A DNA stretch of 59,154 bases, from NCBI GenBank assembly GCA_903960135.1, contig CAJBZP010000087.1, positions 1-59,154 on the forward strand, written 5' to 3'. The position numbers and the translations under genes were made by a program. The DNA is from an uncultured Actinomycetes bacterium. Its GTDB lineage: Bacteria; Actinomycetota; Actinomycetes; S36-B12. Position 1 is the first letter of the stretch, and each line of letters opens with the position of its first letter. Below the pieces are notes generated by a model. The model had not been told where the DNA came from. It ran no database searches and worked only from the letters and a program-made list of their open reading frames with translations. This document shows positions 9,768-18,204 of this stretch, in pieces.

Positions 9768-10125
9768 TCATATCGGTAGGAGCAATGCGACGTTGGCCGC
9801 TGCCGCCGCGTTAGCCAACTCCCGGTCAAGGGTTGCTAACGGAAGCCCCCGGTCCATAGCTAGCAGCAAGTAGCATGCGTCGCACGAGGTGAGCCCATGT
9901 TTTTGCGCCTCGAGTGCCAGCCGCTGAACCTGACTGCCCACAACATCGGTACGGATATCCAATTGATCGAGTCGTTCGCAAACACCTACCACGAACGCAG
10001 CGTCGACTCGTCCGGCCCGCATAGCAGTGCCGAAGGCATTGGCCATCTCCGCGTGTCATAACTCGGGAACGAGAACGAAACCGTTGGTCAAGAGAGAGTC
10101 GATCTTCGCTGCTGCCTCAGGGTCC
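9768..10125 (-). pseudogene. VapC/PIN toxin remnant (N-terminus missing, internal TGA)
   Basis: FVLVPEL*HAEMANAF (TGA 10058-10056), then HGLTSCDACYLLLA...LATLDREL. The first PIN Asp motif is absent. Confidence 0.75.
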
Positions 10126-10378
10126 CCGTCGTCGATCAACTCTCGGCCCGTCGCCTCCGCCGGCAGTCGGCGAACTCGCGCACCCAACTGGCGGATGGCA
10201 GCAACAGCGGCCGCCCGATCCTCGCGATCAGCCGCCTTGATGGCGCTATGCGAGCGATGGGCCGACCATGCTTAGTGACAGTTACCTCTTTGCCTTCCAT
10301 GACTTCCTCAAGGACCGCGGATAACTGGTTCTTAAGGTCGTAAATGCCGATAGACCAGCCGGGGCTGACCGCGCTCAT
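10126..10378 (-). pseudogene. Phd/YefM antitoxin, frameshifted
   Basis: IGIYDLKNQLSAVLEEVMEGKEVTVTKHGRPIARIAP. The natural-looking C-terminus (IKAADREDRAAAVAAIRQLG...GRELIDDG) continues in another frame from about 10241. Confidence 0.72.
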
Positions 10379-10391
10379 ATATTCAGGCTAG

Positions 10392-10640
10392 TCTCTGGCC
10401 GGAAATACGTCACTGCTGGACAGCTCGTCATTGATCGGGCCCGCAGCGCCTTATAAGTTTCAAAAGACCCAGAAGAATCCACAAGGCGAAGCCACTCGAA
10501 TCGACTACATCATGGGTTACGGCACCGGCCTGAGGGTGATTGACTACGAGGTAGTCGTCTATTTAACTGGCAAGGCGTTCAACCCTGACTATCAAGCATC
10601 TGATCATCAAATGGTCAAAGCTACCTTCGCTTTCCCCTGA
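10392..10640 (+). pseudogene. C-terminal fragment of an endonuclease/exonuclease/phosphatase-family gene
   Basis: Only the last EEP motifs RIDYI and ASDHQMVKATF are present. An in-frame TAG at 10389 lies upstream. Confidence 0.6.
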
Positions 10641-10736
10641 ATTGCTAGTGGTTCGTAGTTGTCTTCGGGTATTGCGCCATGATGAATGTTTCGGGAAGAG
10701 CGCAAACAGCACACCTGACTTTGATAACCTCGGCGG

Positions 10737-12050
10737 GTGCGGAGGATAGGATTTTTGGCGCTAACGGGAGTCCTCCTTGTCGGGTGCGGCACTGTCATTC
10801 AAGCCGAGCGACAGGACACCACGGTTATGTACCAGACGCTCCGCGAGGACAAAATCATCAATGCGGACATCTGGGACAAGCAACCCAAAATGCTCGCGGC
10901 GGGTTTGGGATTCACAAATATCATCGGTGTGCCTGGCCTGAGCACCGACAACCTCGCCCTGAGCCGGACTTTGACTCGCCTGGCCGGAGGTGCCTGGAAT
11001 ACGGTGTCCTGTTCACCTGACCAGACCGCTACTTTGGTGAGTTACACCTCGGCTGGGACCCCGGACGGCGTAGCGAAATCGTATGGCCAGGAGGTTTACT
11101 ACTCCGACGGATTACCGATCGAGTTCAGTTGGCCGATGCTTCCCAGCACTCTGGACGCTACCGACTTTAGAGTGAATCTGAATAACGGGCAGGCCGTGAC
11201 CCCACAGGTTGCCTCGATCTATCCGAATATGGAGTACAACGAGCGGTCGGTAGCGGTGATCTTCGGCCACTTCGGCAACCGTTTTTCTTCGAGTCAGCCT
11301 GGTGCGATCTACCCAACCTCCATCGAGGTTGTCTTGGATGAGACCCCGTTGCAGTTGGTCGGTCCCGGCCTGCAGATTGTCAGCGCCGTTGGCCTCAAAG
11401 CTGATGCTCCCGGATCTCCTTATACGGATCCAGATGTGGAGCCGGCCAAGCGCGGCGGCCCCAAACTTGTCGGGGCAAAACTCACGCGAATGTCTACCGA
11501 CGGTGACACTGCTCCTAAAGACTTCCAACAGCACCTGCCCAACGATGGTGTTGCCCTATACGGAGATCAGGCGCAATACAGGTTGCGGACCTACACGAGT
11601 GGGGGGATGACTGCGGATGGTGTCCGCGGACTGTTCCCCACCGACTTCGCTCGGTTCTTCCGACTCCAGGCAACGACGAGCGCGGGGGACACAGTGCTTT
11701 TGACCGAGACAGGAAAGGACTACCTCATCGACGGCAAGAAGCTCCGCGTCGTGGGCCTGGCTGACCTCGGCAAGAAACAAGAAACCTACAACGACTGTTA
11801 CGTTGAGGACAAGGACAACTACATCGACATCATTTTGTCCGGTGATGTAGAGGCCGTCAGCAAGATCACCCTTGTCGAAATACCCTCGACCGGTTCGTAC
11901 TCCCCCGTCTACAACCCTGGCGGGCCTGGAAACGATCCTGCACCGAACGTCCGATACTCGGCCCCGAGCCCGCCTATCTCACAAAAAGTGACAATTGCCC
12001 TCGAAGATCCACTGACAGTCACCTACCCCGAAGGTGCTTCAGCTAGGTGA
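10737..12050 (+). CDS. Secreted lipoprotein of unknown function
   Basis: 437-aa ORF with signal peptide and lipobox LLVGC (Cys17). TAACCT lies 6 nt before the GTG. Confidence 0.8.
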   Translation: MRRIGFLALTGVLLVGCGTVIQAERQDTTVMYQTLREDKIINADIWDKQPKMLAAGLGFTNIIGVPGLSTDNLALSRTLTRLAGGAWNTVSCSPDQTATLVSYTSAGTPDGVAKSYGQEVYYSDGLPIEFSWPMLPSTLDATDFRVNLNNGQAVTPQVASIYPNMEYNERSVAVIFGHFGNRFSSSQPGAIYPTSIEVVLDETPLQLVGPGLQIVSAVGLKADAPGSPYTDPDVEPAKRGGPKLVGAKLTRMSTDGDTAPKDFQQHLPNDGVALYGDQAQYRLRTYTSGGMTADGVRGLFPTDFARFFRLQATTSAGDTVLLTETGKDYLIDGKKLRVVGLADLGKKQETYNDCYVEDKDNYIDIILSGDVEAVSKITLVEIPSTGSYSPVYNPGGPGNDPAPNVRYSAPSPPISQKVTIALEDPLTVTYPEGASAR

Positions 12051-12113
12051 CATCTACCCGCACCAGTTGACCCTCGGCGCATTGGGCAATCAGTAGTGCA
12101 TCGTGTTTGCTGA

Positions 12114-12872
12114 TTACTGGGGCAGACGCCTAAACACCGGCCGCGGCAAAGTCTTCAGCGCGGTCATGACGAAGCGCAGCGGCCCCGGAGCATAAACAGT
12201 GTTCTTGCCTTTTCGTAACCCGGCCACAACAATCTTCCCCACCACTTCTGGGTCGGTCGTCATCGGTGCTTCTGGCATACCGGTTGTCATCTTCGTACGC
12301 ACCATGCCTGGGCGCACAACTAGAACATTTGCTCCCGAGCCATGCAATGCGTCACCGAGGCCTTGTGCGAAGGCATCGAGACCAGCTTTCGTGGACCCAT
12401 AAATAAAATTAGATCGCCGTGCGCGATCGCCTGCAACACTTGAGAAGACTACGAGTGACCCATGGCCTTGACTCTTCAATCGTGCTGCAACTCTTAAGCC
12501 CACGCTCACCGCGCCGGTGTAGTTTGTGGTTGCCACCTCCACCGCGAGATCGGGATTGGCCTCACCTTCGTCTTGGCTACCAAGAATCCCGAAAGCAAGT
12601 AGAACAATGTCAATGTCACCGGCATCGAAAACCTGATTAATCAGCACCGCGTGCTCCGTGGTGTTCTTGGCCTCAAAATCAATCGCTGAAACCCCTTGAA
12701 TACCCGCACCGGTTAGCGCAGCGATTGCGGCATCGCGCGCGGGTGACGGCCTCCCCGCTAACACCACTCGCTTAAGGCGATTACGCGGTAAAGCCCGCAC
12801 CGTGGCCAGAGCAATCTCGCTTGTCCCCCCTAGGACAAGTACCGACTGCGGATCACCGAGTGCATCGTTCAC
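12114..12872 (-). CDS. dprE2: Decaprenylphospho-2-keto-erythropentofuranose reductase (SDR)
   Basis: DALGDPQSVLVLGGTSEIA and RARRSNFIYGSTKAGLD. GTGA overlap with the dprE1 stop places the start at 12872. Confidence 0.88.
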   Translation of the reverse strand: MNDALGDPQSVLVLGGTSEIALATVRALPRNRLKRVVLAGRPSPARDAAIAALTGAGIQGVSAIDFEAKNTTEHAVLINQVFDAGDIDIVLLAFGILGSQDEGEANPDLAVEVATTNYTGAVSVGLRVAARLKSQGHGSLVVFSSVAGDRARRSNFIYGSTKAGLDAFAQGLGDALHGSGANVLVVRPGMVRTKMTTGMPEAPMTTDPEVVGKIVVAGLRKGKNTVYAPGPLRFVMTALKTLPRPVFRRLPQ

Positions 12873-14242
12873 AGCGACAACCTCCTGGCTAGGTCTGACT
12901 TGAAAATACCTTTGGGGTCCATTTGATTGCGGGTCCGCTGCCACTGCGTGAGGAGCGGATAGGTACGCACAAACATTTCTGGTGACTGCCTCGAGTCTTT
13001 GGCGAGGTAAAGCCGGCCGCCCGCATTGGCAACTAACTCATCTAGTTCATCCAGCACCGCAGCCAGCCCGGGAATCCCCGCTGGCACATCAGCGGCTAGT
13101 GTCCAGCCCGGCTGCGGAAAGGAAAGTGGAGCTGGGTTGGCGGCACCAAATCGCTTTAGCACCGTCAAGAAGCTAGGTGCGCCGACGCCTTGCAGCTTGC
13201 GCAGCGCAATCCCAATGATTTCAGCGGCGCCATCGGGCACCACGAATTGATATTGCACGAAACCACCGGGGCCGTAAACCCGATTCCAGTCTTTGACGAA
13301 ATCAAGGGGATGAAAGAACTCAGAAATTGGTTGCAGCGCACCCTGCTCGGACTTCGGCGCCTTGCGATACCAGGCCTCATTAAATGCCCGCACGGTGAAC
13401 TTATTGAGCAGGCCGCCGGGGATCAATCCAGGTGCCGACGCTAACGCTTTCGGGCCGTAGTCCAGCGCGGTTGCGCGCTTTGCCACCGGCAGTTGGTCGA
13501 CCGCTGCATGATCGCCTCTGGTCAATACGCCACGACCGGTTGCTGAGACACTGTCGATCCAGGCCACGCTGTAGCGATACTGCGAGTCACGTTCGATCAT
13601 GCGAGCCATCACGTCATCGAGATCTGCGCAGCGCTCGGTATCAACGCTCATCATCGAGCTAGTTATCGGCAGCATTTTGAACGTTGCCTCAGTCATGACA
13701 CCCGTTAGGCCCATCCCGCCGACGGTGGCCCAAAAACGCTCCCGCGTTTGCGGATCATCGGGGGTCAGTGACTGAGGTGCACCGCGTCCGTCAACGAGTT
13801 GAATTTCGCTCACATGACTGCCGAAACTACCTTCGACATGGTGATTCTTACCGTGAATATCGGCGGCAATGGCCCCGCCGACGGTGACATGCCGAGTGCC
13901 CGCTGTCACCGGGACGAAGAAGCCGGCGGGCACGGTGGCCAGCAAAAGGTCGTGGATGCTCGCACCGGCGCCGACCCGTACGCTGCCTGTGCTCGCAGTT
14001 AGGGCGATTGTCGACATGGCTGTTAGATCCAGGACGCTGGCGCCCCCGCTTTGTGCGGCGTCACCATATGAACGCCCCAAGCCGCGGGCCAACACCCCTC
14101 TCGGCCCGGATACCTTGATGCACTGCTGCACCTGCTCAACCGTACTTACCGGCACCACTTTGGCCAATGAGGGGCTGGTGCGCCCCCACCCTGTAAGCAG
14201 TTGCTCGCCCTCGTCAAGGCGTAGCGGTGATTTGTTTGACAT
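12869..14242 (-). CDS. dprE1: Decaprenylphosphoryl-beta-D-ribose oxidase (FAD)
   Basis: GWGRT, ARGLGRSYGDAAQ, DIHGKNHH, YSVAWID, GGRLYLAKD. Confidence 0.9.
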   Translation of the reverse strand: MSNKSPLRLDEGEQLLTGWGRTSPSLAKVVPVSTVEQVQQCIKVSGPRGVLARGLGRSYGDAAQSGGASVLDLTAMSTIALTASTGSVRVGAGASIHDLLLATVPAGFFVPVTAGTRHVTVGGAIAADIHGKNHHVEGSFGSHVSEIQLVDGRGAPQSLTPDDPQTRERFWATVGGMGLTGVMTEATFKMLPITSSMMSVDTERCADLDDVMARMIERDSQYRYSVAWIDSVSATGRGVLTRGDHAAVDQLPVAKRATALDYGPKALASAPGLIPGGLLNKFTVRAFNEAWYRKAPKSEQGALQPISEFFHPLDFVKDWNRVYGPGGFVQYQFVVPDGAAEIIGIALRKLQGVGAPSFLTVLKRFGAANPAPLSFPQPGWTLAADVPAGIPGLAAVLDELDELVANAGGRLYLAKDSRQSPEMFVRTYPLLTQWQRTRNQMDPKGIFKSDLARRLSL

Positions 14243-15150
14243 CACACGCCCAAGGCGCCGAGGCCAAATAGCACTAACCAGATCGCACCGATAGTGAGAA
14301 GTGCTTTGTCATGCAAGACCGCATCCTCCGGTGCCTCTGCCTGACCGCGATCGATCGCAACGCCGTAGCGCAAAATCGCAAGGACGAATGGGAGGACACT
14401 CCATTGCGCCCACGGCAAGGTCGACGGCGCCTGACCAACCTCAAATGCCCATAGGCAATACGCAACTATCGTTACCGCGGCGGCAATGCCCCACACGAAA
14501 CGCAGGTAGCCAAGGGAATAGCCCTCTAAGCTCGCCCGCTTGGCTGTCTCACCGGCACCGGATCTATTCAGGTCGCGGTCTAGCTCACTGAACCTCTTGC
14601 CCGCCGCCATGAACAGTGAGCCGAACCCAGCAACGATTAAGAACCACTGCGATATCGGTAGGTTTGAGGCCACCCCACCGGCGATGGCCCGGAGCAAAAA
14701 TCCCATTGCGAGTAATGCGAGCTCGATTACCGGCTCATGTTTAAGGAACAATGAATATGAAAGGGTGAAAACGAAGTAGATGGCAACTACGCCGGCGAGA
14801 TCAGGCCTGATCCACCAAGCCAGTGTTAGTGCTGCCAGAGCCAAAATGACCGCGAAGACCGCCGCGATATTCGCGTTTAGGTCACCGGCCGCAATCGGGC
14901 GGTTGCGTTTCGTCGGATGATTGCGATCTGACTCGACATCCTTGATGTCGTTGATCAGGTACGTCGAACTTGAGATAAGACAAAAGGCAACAAACGCCCC
15001 CAGGGTCGGCACGATCACCGTTGCTAAGAAAAGTGAGCCCGCAGCCAACGGAGCAGCGAAGACCAGCACATTCTTCAGCCACTGGCGTGGCCGCATCGCC
15101 ACAACTAGTGCCACGGGAAGTGTCCGGCCGCTATGCGTCGCGTTCAACAC
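14242..15150 (-). CDS. ubiA: Decaprenyl-phosphate phosphoribosyltransferase (UbiA family)
   Basis: MRPRQWLKNVLV, YLINDIKDVESDRNHPTKRNRPIA, multiple TM helices. Start uncertain (15147-15177). Confidence 0.88.
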   Translation of the reverse strand: MLNATHSGRTLPVALVVAMRPRQWLKNVLVFAAPLAAGSLFLATVIVPTLGAFVAFCLISSSTYLINDIKDVESDRNHPTKRNRPIAAGDLNANIAAVFAVILALAALTLAWWIRPDLAGVVAIYFVFTLSYSLFLKHEPVIELALLAMGFLLRAIAGGVASNLPISQWFLIVAGFGSLFMAAGKRFSELDRDLNRSGAGETAKRASLEGYSLGYLRFVWGIAAAVTIVAYCLWAFEVGQAPSTLPWAQWSVLPFVLAILRYGVAIDRGQAEAPEDAVLHDKALLTIGAIWLVLFGLGALGV

Positions 15151-15619
15151 TTGCCCCCGGCTCTGAATCGCCAACAATTCGAGCGAGTTGCGGCACGACG
15201 AGGAACCAAGTAATCACGTGCATGATCGATAACCAGATGCGAGTTGACCAGATGACGTCAGCGGGTTGCATCAGCGGCGAGGCGAGCGTAAGCACGGCGA
15301 TTAGGGTGCCGCCCCAATAAACAACGCGGCGGGCATTTCTTCGCCCCAACATCAAAGCTGAAAGCAGGGCCCCGGCCACCGCGGCAAGGAGCGGGGCGAT
15401 TACCACCACTATCCACGGCACGACCTGCAGGGAGCCACCGAAGGCAGATTGCACCTCAAATGGCACCCCGAGCAGGCGCCCGATGCCATAGATGAACAGG
15501 CACAAGATGGCAGACCAGCCGCCGGTCAGGGCCGCCGCATAAAGCAAGAACCGCAGCGTGGGATTAGCCGACTTGGGCGGGGCGATCGGGGTCACCGATG
15601 CCATCCAGAAGCCGGTCAT
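15131..15619 (-). CDS. Small 4-TM membrane protein (DUF6069-like)
   Basis: Four hydrophobic segments ending ...LSIMHV. CACAAT lies 6 nt before ATG 15619. Overlaps ubiA. Confidence 0.6.
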   Translation of the reverse strand: MTGFWMASVTPIAPPKSANPTLRFLLYAAALTGGWSAILCLFIYGIGRLLGVPFEVQSAFGGSLQVVPWIVVVIAPLLAAVAGALLSALMLGRRNARRVVYWGGTLIAVLTLASPLMQPADVIWSTRIWLSIMHVITWFLVVPQLARIVGDSEPGASVERDA

Positions 15620-15687
15620 CCCCCCATTGTGGCGAATAACCCCGGCCCGCGACACCGCTGGGGATAATGCCGCCTGCACTTGCGCAA

Positions 15688-15727
15688 GTTACTCATCAGT
15701 AGCATCATTAGGTTACTGGCGGGTAAC
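15688..15727. promoter_or_regulatory. Two GTTAC-N6-GTARC palindromes (putative repressor operators)
   Basis: GTTACTCATCAGTAGC (15688-15703) and GTTACTGGCGGGTAAC (15712-15727), upstream of the acyl-CoA dehydrogenase. Confidence 0.65.
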
Positions 15728-15793
15728 CTCGCCCGGGGGTCTGCTGTACCAACTAATCCGAGAAGTGAACTGCGGCAAAGGAGTGGGTCGGCC

Positions 15794-17629
15794 ATGGGGC
15801 ATTACAAGAGCAACCTTCGGGACCTGGAATTCAACCTTTTCGAGGTTTTCGGGGCCGGTGACCGCCTCGGCCAAGGCCCATTCGCTGATACCGATGCCGA
15901 CACCGCACATGATGTCTTGCGCGAAGTCGAGCGGCTCGCCACCGGCGAACTTGCCGACTCCTTCGCCGACTCCGATCGCAACCCGCCGGTTTATGACCCA
16001 AGCACGAAGACCGTAACGATGCCCGAAAGTTTCAAGAAGGCATTTCGGTTGCTCATGGATGCACAGTGGTGGCGGCTAGATCTACCCGAGCACATGGGCG
16101 GCTCCGGTGCCCCGCCATCGCTGCGTTGGGCCGCTAGCGAACTGCTGCTCGGTTCAAATCCGGCCGCTTTCATGTATATGTCCGGTCCAGGCTTCGCCAG
16201 CATCCTTGACAGCATTGGCAACGCCGATCAAAAACGTGCTGCAACTTTCACGATTGACAAGGGCTGGGGTTCGACAATGGTGCTGACCGAGCCTGATGCC
16301 GGCTCAGATGTCGGTGCCGGTCGAGCCAAGGCCTTCGACAACGGCGACGGCACCTGGCGCATTGAGGGTGTCAAAAGGTTTATCTCATCGGCCGAGCACG
16401 ACATGGTCGAGAACATCATGCACTTAGTGCTGGCTCGCCCCGAGGGCGCCGGCCCCGGCACGAAGGGACTCTCCCTTTTTCTCGTCCCGAAATTCCTTTT
16501 TGATTTCCAGACCGGTGAGCTTGGGGCCCGCAATGGTGTCTACACCACCAATGTCGAAAAGAAGATGGGCCTGAAAGTCTCAACCACCTGCGAACTGACG
16601 TTCAGCGAAAACGAGCCGGCAATTGGCTGGCTCATCGGTGATGTACATGACGGCATCGCCCAGATGTTCAAGGTCATTGAGTATGCGCGGATGATGGTCG
16701 GAACAAAAGCCATAGCGACGTTGTCAACCGGCTACTTGAACGCCCTCGATTACGCAAAGACACGCGTTCAAGGTGCTGACCTCACTCAGATGACCGATAA
16801 GTCCGCACCGCGCGTTACGATCGTGCACCACCCAGATGTTCGCCGGTCCCTGATGCTGCAGAAGTCATACGCCGAAGGGATGCGCGCCCTCATCGCCTAC
16901 ACCGCCTACTGGCAAGACTTAATCGAGATGGGCGAAGCCGGAGTCGAGGGAGTTGACCTCGACGGCGCCTTGCGAATGAATGATCTACTGCTGCCAATAG
17001 TCAAGGGTGTCGGCTCAGAACGCTCCTACGAAATGCTCGCGGTGTCGCTGCAAACCTACGGCGGGTCCGGGTATCTTCAGGACTACCCGGTTGAGCAGTA
17101 CCTGCGCGACGCAAAGATCGACACCCTTTATGAAGGCACCACCGCCATTCAGGGGCTCGACTTCTTCTTCCGCAAAATGGTCCGCGACCAATTCAAGTCG
17201 ATTTTCTACCTGGGTTCGCAGATCACCGAGACAGTAAAAGGTGATGAAGGCGCCGGCCAGTTGGCCACCGAACGCGAATTACTCGGCAAGGCCCTTGAAG
17301 ATGTGCAGGCCATGATCGGCCTGCTCGGCCAGTGGGCCATGGCTTCGCAAACAGACGCCAAGGAGATCTACCGGGTCGGGTTGAACACCACGCGCCTGCT
17401 GATGACCACCGGCGATCTACTCATCGGCTGGCTGCTAATCCGGCAGGCCGAAGTCGCCACCCGCGCCCTGGAAGCAGGAGCCGTCGATCGTGATCGCACC
17501 TTCTATCTCGGCAAGATCGAAACGGCCAAGTGGTTCGCGCGCAATCGCCTGCCACTCCTCGCGGCCGAGCGTGCGGTTGCTGAGGCCACCACCCTTGAGG
17601 TCATGGAGCTTCCCGAGGAATCCTTCTAA
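15794..17629 (+). CDS. Acyl-CoA dehydrogenase (FadE5-like)
   Basis: [68 protein letters not shown]. Confidence 0.92.
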   Translation: MGHYKSNLRDLEFNLFEVFGAGDRLGQGPFADTDADTAHDVLREVERLATGELADSFADSDRNPPVYDPSTKTVTMPESFKKAFRLLMDAQWWRLDLPEHMGGSGAPPSLRWAASELLLGSNPAAFMYMSGPGFASILDSIGNADQKRAATFTIDKGWGSTMVLTEPDAGSDVGAGRAKAFDNGDGTWRIEGVKRFISSAEHDMVENIMHLVLARPEGAGPGTKGLSLFLVPKFLFDFQTGELGARNGVYTTNVEKKMGLKVSTTCELTFSENEPAIGWLIGDVHDGIAQMFKVIEYARMMVGTKAIATLSTGYLNALDYAKTRVQGADLTQMTDKSAPRVTIVHHPDVRRSLMLQKSYAEGMRALIAYTAYWQDLIEMGEAGVEGVDLDGALRMNDLLLPIVKGVGSERSYEMLAVSLQTYGGSGYLQDYPVEQYLRDAKIDTLYEGTTAIQGLDFFFRKMVRDQFKSIFYLGSQITETVKGDEGAGQLATERELLGKALEDVQAMIGLLGQWAMASQTDAKEIYRVGLNTTRLLMTTGDLLIGWLLIRQAEVATRALEAGAVDRDRTFYLGKIETAKWFARNRLPLLAAERAVAEATTLEVMELPEESF

Positions 17630-17694
17630 GAGCGGTTAATTCCACCGCATCTCCTGCTGTCTCGCGTTCACTGCTCGACTCATAGGATCAGAGG

Positions 17695-18204
17695 ATGAAG
17701 TTTTGGCGCCCGGTATTGATATTGGGCATAGGCGCCCTAGCGCTGCTGACTTACCTCGGTCCGGCCGGTGCCCACTCACAGTTGCTTTCGTCCGACCCAA
17801 CTACTGGCTCAGTACTCGCCGCTGCACCCACTTCGGTGGTGCTCACATTCAATGAAGCGCTACTCGCGGAGACGGTCGCGATTGCCATCTCCGATAGCAG
17901 CGGAGCCGTTGTCAGCGGTACCGTCGCATCGGCGGTCGGCGCCGTCGTTACGATCCCCTGGCCCGCTGACTTAAGCCCAGACACCTATACGGTTTCCTAT
18001 CGGGTTGTGTCCGCGGACGGACATCCCGTGACCGGGTCAATTGACTTCGCCTACGCCAGCGCTTCGCCGACGAAAACTCCGGTTACGGCGGCGCCCGCAG
18101 CCCCTGAGCAACCTTCGAATTTCCCTATCGGTGTGGTTGGTTTGATACTCGCCCTCGCGGCCACGATCACCGTCATCATTTTGGCCAGACGCGGGCGTAG
18201 ATGA
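17695..18204 (+). CDS. copC: Copper resistance protein CopC, C-terminally membrane-anchored
   Basis: Signal peptide ending AGA-H (mature His1), YRVVSADGHP, C-terminal TM helix. Confidence 0.88.
   Translation: MKFWRPVLILGIGALALLTYLGPAGAHSQLLSSDPTTGSVLAAAPTSVVLTFNEALLAETVAIAISDSSGAVVSGTVASAVGAVVTIPWPADLSPDTYTVSYRVVSADGHPVTGSIDFAYASASPTKTPVTAAPAAPEQPSNFPIGVVGLILALAATITVIILARRGRR

Noticed and set aside
9751-12113. Intact prophage or ICE at tRNA-Gly
   Set aside because: No integrase, att duplication, or phage or conjugation genes were seen.
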